Assembly (NCBI GenBank): GCA_977020255.1
Contig: CDROCS010005164.1
Span: 1-64,000 of the forward strand
From: Obrimoposthia wandeli
Taxonomy: Eukaryota
Reading direction: 5' to 3'
Length of the DNA stretch: 64,000 bases
Below, in pieces: positions 58,590-64,000 of the stretch. A model generated the notes under the pieces. That model searched no databases, had not been told where the DNA came from, and saw only the letters and a program-made list of their open reading frames with translations. The position numbers and the translations under genes were made by a program. Numbering within the stretch: the first letter of the stretch is position 1; each line of letters begins with the position of its first letter.

Positions 58590-60854
58590 ATGCCACAAGA
58601 TTTAATGGTTACCAAAAGGGACGGTCGACAAGAAAAGTTAGATCTTGAAAAAATACATCGCGTTGTTATATGGGCTGCAAAAGGGCTTGATCAAGTATCG
58701 CCTTCAGAAGTTGAACTAAAAGCACATATTCAATTTTTCGATGGTATGAAGACAGCGGACATACATGAAACTTTAATTAAGTCAGCTGCAGATTTGATTT
58801 CTGAAGAAACCCCTGACTACCAATATTTATCTGCACGTTTGGCAATATTCCATTTACGCAAACGCGCTTTTGATCAATTTGAGCCACCCGCTTTGTATGA
58901 ACATACAAAAGCAATGGTCGAAGCTGGGCGTTACGATAAGCATTTAATTGAAGATTACAGCCAAGAAGAATTTGAAATACTAAATACCCATATTGACCAC
59001 TCAAGAGATATGAGTTTTTCTTATGCTGCTGTTAAGCAATTAGAAGGTAAGTATTTAGTTCAAAACCGTGTAACGGGTGCTATTTACGAAAGCCCGCAAA
59101 TTCTATACATGTTAGTCGCTGCTTGCTTATTTGCTAATAGTGCAAAAGAAACGCGTCTTGATTATGTTAAACGCTTTTATGATGCAACCTCTTTATTCAA
59201 GTTGTCTTTACCGACACCTATTATGGCCGGGGTACGTACACCTACTCGCCAATTTAGCTCGTGTGTATTGATAGAAACGGGTGATAGCTTAGATTCAATC
59301 AACTCAACTACGTCTGCTATTGTTAAATACGTATCACAGCGCGCAGGCATTGGTATTAATGCAGGTCGTATACGTGCTTTGGGTAGCCCTATTCGTGGCG
59401 GAGAAGCGTTTCATACTGGTTGTATCCCGTTTTATAAGCACTTTCAAACTGCCGTGAAATCTTGCTCCCAAGGTGGTGTAAGAGGCGGTGCAGCGACTTT
59501 GTTTTATCCTATTTGGCACTTAGAAGTAGAGTCTCTTTTAGTATTGAAAAATAATAGAGGCGTAGAAGAAAATAGAGTACGTCACTTAGATTACGGCGTA
59601 CAACTGAACAAGTTGATGTATCAGCGCTTGATTAAAGGTGGAAATATCACCTTGTTTAGCCCACACGAAGTGCCGGGTTTATACGATGCATTCTTTGCTG
59701 ATCAAGAAGAGTTTGAGCGTCTTTACGTACAATATGAGCAAGATGAATCAATACGTAAAACTACCATTAAAGCTGCTGAGTTGTTTGGCATGCTCGCTTC
59801 AGAGCGAGCATCGACTGGCCGTATTTACATTCAAAATGTAGATCACTGTAATACGCACAGTCCTTTTGATCCTAAAGTTGCCCCTATAAAGCAATCTAAC
59901 TTATGTTTAGAGATAGCATTGCCAACAAAGCCGCTAGAGCATATTCATGATGAGAATGGGGAAATAGCCCTATGTACTTTATCTGCTTTCAATTTAGGTG
60001 CTATTGAAGATTTAAATGAGTTAGAAAACTTGTCTGATCTCATTGTACGCGCGCTAGATAGTTTGTTGGATTATCAGAATTACCCAATTTTGGCCGCTAA
60101 ACTCGCTACAGATAACAGAAGAACATTAGGTGTAGGTGTCACTAACCTTGCTTATTATTTGGCCAAAAATGGTGTCAAATACTCAGACGGTTCAGCAAAT
60201 GCTATGGTACATCGTACTTTCGAGGCGATTCAGTTCTATTTACTGCAAGCGTCTAACAAGTTGTCGAAAGAATTAGGGCCATGTCTTAAATTTAATGAAA
60301 CGACTTATTCTAAAGGTATTTTACCGATAGATAGTTACAAAAAAGACATTGATAATTTTTGCGATGAACCTTTGCATTATGATTGGGAAGCGCTACGTGC
60401 ACAGATTCTCACTGATGGCTTGCGTAACAGCACTTTAACCGCATTAATGCCTTGTGAAACCTCCTCTCAAGTCACTAACTCTACTAACGGTATAGAGCCC
60501 CCTAGAGGCTTTGTGTCAGTTAAGGCAAGTAAAGACGGTATTTTGAAGCAAGTGGTGCCTGAGTACCGTAGCTTGAAAGACAAATATGAGCTGTTGTGGG
60601 ATATTCCTAACAATGATGGTTATTTGCAATTAGTTGGCATTATGCAAAAATTTGTCGATCAGTCAATTTCGGCAAATACCAATTATGATCCAACTAAGTT
60701 CCCCGCTGGAAAGGTCCCTATGAAGCAGTTATTAAAAGATTTACTGACCGCTTATAAATTGGGTGTAAAAACACTTTACTATCACAATACACGTGATGGT
60801 GCTTCTGAAAACCATTCAGAAGAAGAGTGTGAAAGCGGCGCGTGTAAATTATAG
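58590..60854 (+). CDS. nrdA: Ribonucleoside-diphosphate reductase class Ia, alpha subunit
   Basis: ATP cone VTKRDG, RQFSSC, SNLCLE and C-terminal CESGACKL. Confidence 0.98.
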   Translation: MPQDLMVTKRDGRQEKLDLEKIHRVVIWAAKGLDQVSPSEVELKAHIQFFDGMKTADIHETLIKSAADLISEETPDYQYLSARLAIFHLRKRAFDQFEPPALYEHTKAMVEAGRYDKHLIEDYSQEEFEILNTHIDHSRDMSFSYAAVKQLEGKYLVQNRVTGAIYESPQILYMLVAACLFANSAKETRLDYVKRFYDATSLFKLSLPTPIMAGVRTPTRQFSSCVLIETGDSLDSINSTTSAIVKYVSQRAGIGINAGRIRALGSPIRGGEAFHTGCIPFYKHFQTAVKSCSQGGVRGGAATLFYPIWHLEVESLLVLKNNRGVEENRVRHLDYGVQLNKLMYQRLIKGGNITLFSPHEVPGLYDAFFADQEEFERLYVQYEQDESIRKTTIKAAELFGMLASERASTGRIYIQNVDHCNTHSPFDPKVAPIKQSNLCLEIALPTKPLEHIHDENGEIALCTLSAFNLGAIEDLNELENLSDLIVRALDSLLDYQNYPILAAKLATDNRRTLGVGVTNLAYYLAKNGVKYSDGSANAMVHRTFEAIQFYLLQASNKLSKELGPCLKFNETTYSKGILPIDSYKKDIDNFCDEPLHYDWEALRAQILTDGLRNSTLTALMPCETSSQVTNSTNGIEPPRGFVSVKASKDGILKQVVPEYRSLKDKYELLWDIPNNDGYLQLVGIMQKFVDQSISANTNYDPTKFPAGKVPMKQLLKDLLTAYKLGVKTLYYHNTRDGASENHSEEECESGACKL

Positions 60855-60930
60855 ATCGCGTGATTTAACAGCAAAGGAGCCCAGTGTAATCTGGGCAATT
60901 GTGTAATTACCATTTTTTGGCAGAACCCCC

Positions 60931-62061
60931 ATGTCTTATACAACATTTAATGCGAAAAGCTTTGATTCAACAAAAGAGCCAATGTTTTTCGGGCAAAATG
61001 TTAATGTCGCTCGTTATGATGTACAAAAATACCCTATATTCGAGAAACTAATAGAAAAGCAGCTGTCTTTCTTTTGGCGTCCTGAAGAGGTTGATCTATC
61101 AACTGATAGAAAAGATTTTATCGATATGCCAGAGCATGAAAAGCATATCTTCTTGAGTAACCTAAAATATCAAACGCTCCTTGATTCAGTGCAAGGGCGC
61201 TCACCTAATGTAGCGTTCTTACCTATCGTATCTATACCGGAACTAGAGACGTGGTTAGAGACTTGGGCGTTCAGTGAAACGATACATTCGCGTTCTTACA
61301 CTCATATTATTCGTAATATTGTGACTGACCCATCGGCAATATTTGATGAGATAGTGACCAACCCTGAAATCGTCAAAAGAGCTGAGTCTGTTACGCGCTT
61401 ATACGATGAGCTTATTCATTTAATCAGCATTCAAAATGTGCATGGTTACGGTGTTCATCGAATAGGTGATAAAGAATACGATTGCACGTTGTGGAATATG
61501 AAGTGCAAAGTTTATCTGACAATGGTTTCGGTCAATGTATTAGAAGCTATACGCTTTTATGTCAGCTTTGCTTGTTCTTTTGCGTTTGCTGAAAGAGCGA
61601 TCATGGAAGGCAACGCTAAGATTATTAAGCTGATAGCTCGTGATGAAGCACTTCATTTGACAGGCACACAGAATATTTTAAACACTCTGGCTTCAGGTGC
61701 AGATGATGCTGAATTTAAAGAAGTAGCATTAGCTTGTAAAGAAGAAGCAATTGGCTTGTTTGCAGAGGCAGCTGAGCAAGAAAAAGAGTGGGCTACTTAC
61801 TTGTTTCGTGAAGGTTCAATGATTGGCCTCAACGCACAAATTTTAAGCCAATATGTTGAGTACATCACCAATGTGCGTCTAAAAGCGGTAGGATTTGATG
61901 AGATATTCGAATCTAGACAAAACCCACTACCTTGGATGAATGCTTGGTTGAGTAGCGACAATGTACAAGTCGCACCGCAAGAATCTGAAATCAGCTCTTA
62001 TTTAGTGGGGCAAATAGATAACTCGCTCGAAGAGGGTGATTTTGATGATTTCGATTTTTAA
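60931..62061 (+). CDS. nrdB: Ribonucleoside-diphosphate reductase class Ia, beta subunit
   Basis: [33 protein letters not shown] and [11 protein letters not shown] motifs. Confidence 0.98.
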   Translation: MSYTTFNAKSFDSTKEPMFFGQNVNVARYDVQKYPIFEKLIEKQLSFFWRPEEVDLSTDRKDFIDMPEHEKHIFLSNLKYQTLLDSVQGRSPNVAFLPIVSIPELETWLETWAFSETIHSRSYTHIIRNIVTDPSAIFDEIVTNPEIVKRAESVTRLYDELIHLISIQNVHGYGVHRIGDKEYDCTLWNMKCKVYLTMVSVNVLEAIRFYVSFACSFAFAERAIMEGNAKIIKLIARDEALHLTGTQNILNTLASGADDAEFKEVALACKEEAIGLFAEAAEQEKEWATYLFREGSMIGLNAQILSQYVEYITNVRLKAVGFDEIFESRQNPLPWMNAWLSSDNVQVAPQESEISSYLVGQIDNSLEEGDFDDFDF

Positions 62062-62103
62062 GAAAATTTAGCTACTACTTAACTAATTGATACTCTTAGC
62101 AAT

Positions 62104-62385
62104 ATGAGCGATAAAAAGAAAAATTTAGGTATACCTCGTATAAAAGTAGGTAATGAAACATTTTATTACCAATACGAACATAGCTTATTAGATTCCTTAG
62201 AAGCACAAGAGATAACAGCACCTTATAACTGTCGTGGTGGATACTGCGGTTGTTGTAAAGTGCGGCTGTTAGAAGGGGAGGTTAAATACACTGATGAAAG
62301 CATGGTTGATTTAAAGGGTGATGAAATTTTAACCTGTATTTGTATTCCTAAAACACACATCGAAATTGAAATACCTGACGATTAA
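62104..62385 (+). CDS. yfaE: [2Fe-2S] ferredoxin, RNR maintenance (YfaE-like)
   Basis: CRGGYCGCC...ILTCIC; directly follows nrdB. Confidence 0.88.
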   Translation: MSDKKKNLGIPRIKVGNETFYYQYEHSLLDSLEAQEITAPYNCRGGYCGCCKVRLLEGEVKYTDESMVDLKGDEILTCICIPKTHIEIEIPDD

Positions 62386-62473
62386 CTTATTTCGTAAATA
62401 AGCAGTATTTTATGGCTACTTTATTAACTGAATATTTATTGATATAAAGCAATATAAATAAAACATTCAGATT

Positions 62474-62669
62474 TAATCCACAAATTAAAATAATCAATAT
62501 TCGTTTTATTTTTTCAATTGTGAATAAGTTTTATACAGTTGTTATTGTTCGTAATCGATTGAAGTTAAACTTTTTTTCGTGCCGCCCACCCATTTTCAAA
62601 ATCAAATTGAATTTAACAAGTGTGTTTAAGCTTAATAGGAAATAAAACTTATCCCTAGAATTATCCACA
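62474..62669. promoter_or_regulatory. Cluster of DnaA boxes
   Basis: TTATCCACA (62661) and TGTGAATAA (62519) fit TTWTNCACA exactly. TAATCCACA (62474) and TTTTATACA (62529) have 1 mismatch, and TTATCCCTA (62649) has 2. Confidence 0.6.
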
Positions 62670-62798
62670 GATTTTTATTGCATATTTAAAATTAAAGCGG
62701 TAAGAGTTATTTACTGTTTTGAATAGTTGTTCAAGAGTGAAATATTGAATTTATAGGCGGTTGTGTCAGTTAAAGCTAATATTCTGACGAGTACATCA

Positions 62799-63764
62799 TC
62801 AGCTATCGTTGTTAAGCACTGTCGCTTGATCACGGCCATTTTGCTTTGATAAATAAAGTGCTTTATCTGCCATATCAATCCATTGATCATGTTTGGTAAA
62901 ATGGCTACTTATTTTGGTTAAGCCAAAGCTTAAAGTGATGTTGATTTCTTGCCCGTCATGAATAATTTTTGTATCTATTAATTCTTGCGTCAAATTCTTT
63001 ACCAATACCAAGGCTTGTTCGGTCGTGGTATCTAGTAATAATATACCAAACTCTTCACCACCATATCGTCCAATGATGTCGGTATTGCGATATTGCTGAG
63101 TTAAAATTTTACCCAGTGCACGTAACACCATATCTCCACCTAGATGCCCGTAAGTATCATTCACTTTTTTAAAGTAATCGATATCTAACATTATCAATAC
63201 AGAAGGCGTCTTAGCTCTAGAATAGCGGTGAAACTCTTCTTCTAAGCGACTTTCCCAGTAACCACGATTATAAAGGTTCGTCAGCGGGTCTATGCGGCTC
63301 ATTTGCGTCAGCTCATTATTGTTATCCTTCAGTGCAATGAGCGCTCTAGCGGCGTCAGTGACATCGTAGATAACAATAGCAATATGATCAACAATGGCAT
63401 TAGCGTTCATTAGAGGCATAATACGAATGTTTTGATACATGTGTTCTGCATAGCTTGTAATAGGTCGATAGCTACTCATTTTAAATAGATAAGGGCGCTG
63501 CTGCCAAGTAATGGTTAAGGAGCTTTGGAGCGTAATAACCGATTTGAATTTGTTGGCTAAATACTCTTGGTCGAGATCAGAATAAGTTTCAAATAAAGGC
63601 TTGTTTAATGCGTCAATTGCTTCAATAGAGGTATGGTTAATCATGAAGCTATTCCATAACTTTATTTCAAGCTGTGTGTTGATTACAACGAGGCCTATAT
63701 CTAAGTGTTGTAATAAATCTAACTGCTGCTGTGAGTTAAATTCCAATGCTGTTAAAGAGTCCAT
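62799..63764 (-). CDS. PAS-GGDEF diguanylate cyclase
   Basis: N-terminal PAS-like domain, DPLTNLYNR, LDIDYFKKVNDTYGH and GRYGGEEF motifs. Confidence 0.92.
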   Translation of the reverse strand: MDSLTALEFNSQQQLDLLQHLDIGLVVINTQLEIKLWNSFMINHTSIEAIDALNKPLFETYSDLDQEYLANKFKSVITLQSSLTITWQQRPYLFKMSSYRPITSYAEHMYQNIRIMPLMNANAIVDHIAIVIYDVTDAARALIALKDNNNELTQMSRIDPLTNLYNRGYWESRLEEEFHRYSRAKTPSVLIMLDIDYFKKVNDTYGHLGGDMVLRALGKILTQQYRNTDIIGRYGGEEFGILLLDTTTEQALVLVKNLTQELIDTKIIHDGQEINITLSFGLTKISSHFTKHDQWIDMADKALYLSKQNGRDQATVLNNDS

Positions 63765-64000
63765 GAAAGTAGCTCCGAGCGTTGATCCATTGATTCAATT
63801 GAATCTAAGGTAAAGATCAGCAGTAAATCACAATGAATATTATGACTAGGTATGCTGTAGGTGACTTCAATGGCTAATAATTTATCGACGGGATTATCAT
63901 CTATTAAATGATCTAATTGACCTTCGTAATCTAAAAATGAGGGTATGCCTTGGTTTATATGCTGGATGCCTATTTGCTGAAAAAACGCTTTTAAAAATGA
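63752..64000 (-). CDS. 3' end of an upstream gene (probable response regulator with a CheC-like C-terminus), truncated by the window
   Basis: Open frame SFLKAFFQQIG...LLAIEVTYSIPSHNIHCDLLLIFTLDS...* overlapping the start of the GGDEF gene. The family call is from recollection. Confidence 0.6.
   Translation of the reverse strand, partial: SFLKAFFQQIGIQHINQGIPSFLDYEGQLDHLIDDNPVDKLLAIEVTYSIPSHNIHCDLLLIFTLDSIESMDQRSELLSWTL

Overview
AT-rich gammaproteobacterial chromosome. The glnA-glnL-glnG-trmL-secB-grxC-rhodanese-gpmI-envC-S41 peptidase order suggests a Pseudomonadales/Oceanospirillales-like lineage (inference). There are two housekeeping blocks. The first (1-5.8 kb) is fbp, mpl, ubiX, tsaB, uppP, rsmJ. 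The second (33-64 kb) is ybdL/yafV, typA, the Ntr locus, cell-envelope genes, kdsA, tRNA-Tyr, nrdAB-yfaE and a PAS-GGDEF gene. Between them is an accessory stretch (6-33 kb): an Lrp/class-V aminotransferase pair, a ModE/FdsR-like regulator with a highly structured leader, a tandem-CHASE3 chemoreceptor, a two-gene candidate defence cassette, a Zur-boxed Zrg-type zinc operon, an orphan catabolic cluster (two Fe(II)/2OG dioxygenases, TAXI-TRAP transporter, LysR, GntR, VOC), and a decayed 2-aminoethylphosphonate-type ABC permease. I found no integrase, transposase, prophage, CRISPR array or rRNA. Signals missed by the ORF track include a 34-nt hairpin motif present twice and each time followed by a structurally equivalent second hairpin, a 175-bp element with terminal inverted repeats, a DnaA-box cluster downstream of nrdAB, and an apparently frameshifted HugZ/HutZ gene. 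All family assignments come from motif recognition by eye, and no database search was run.
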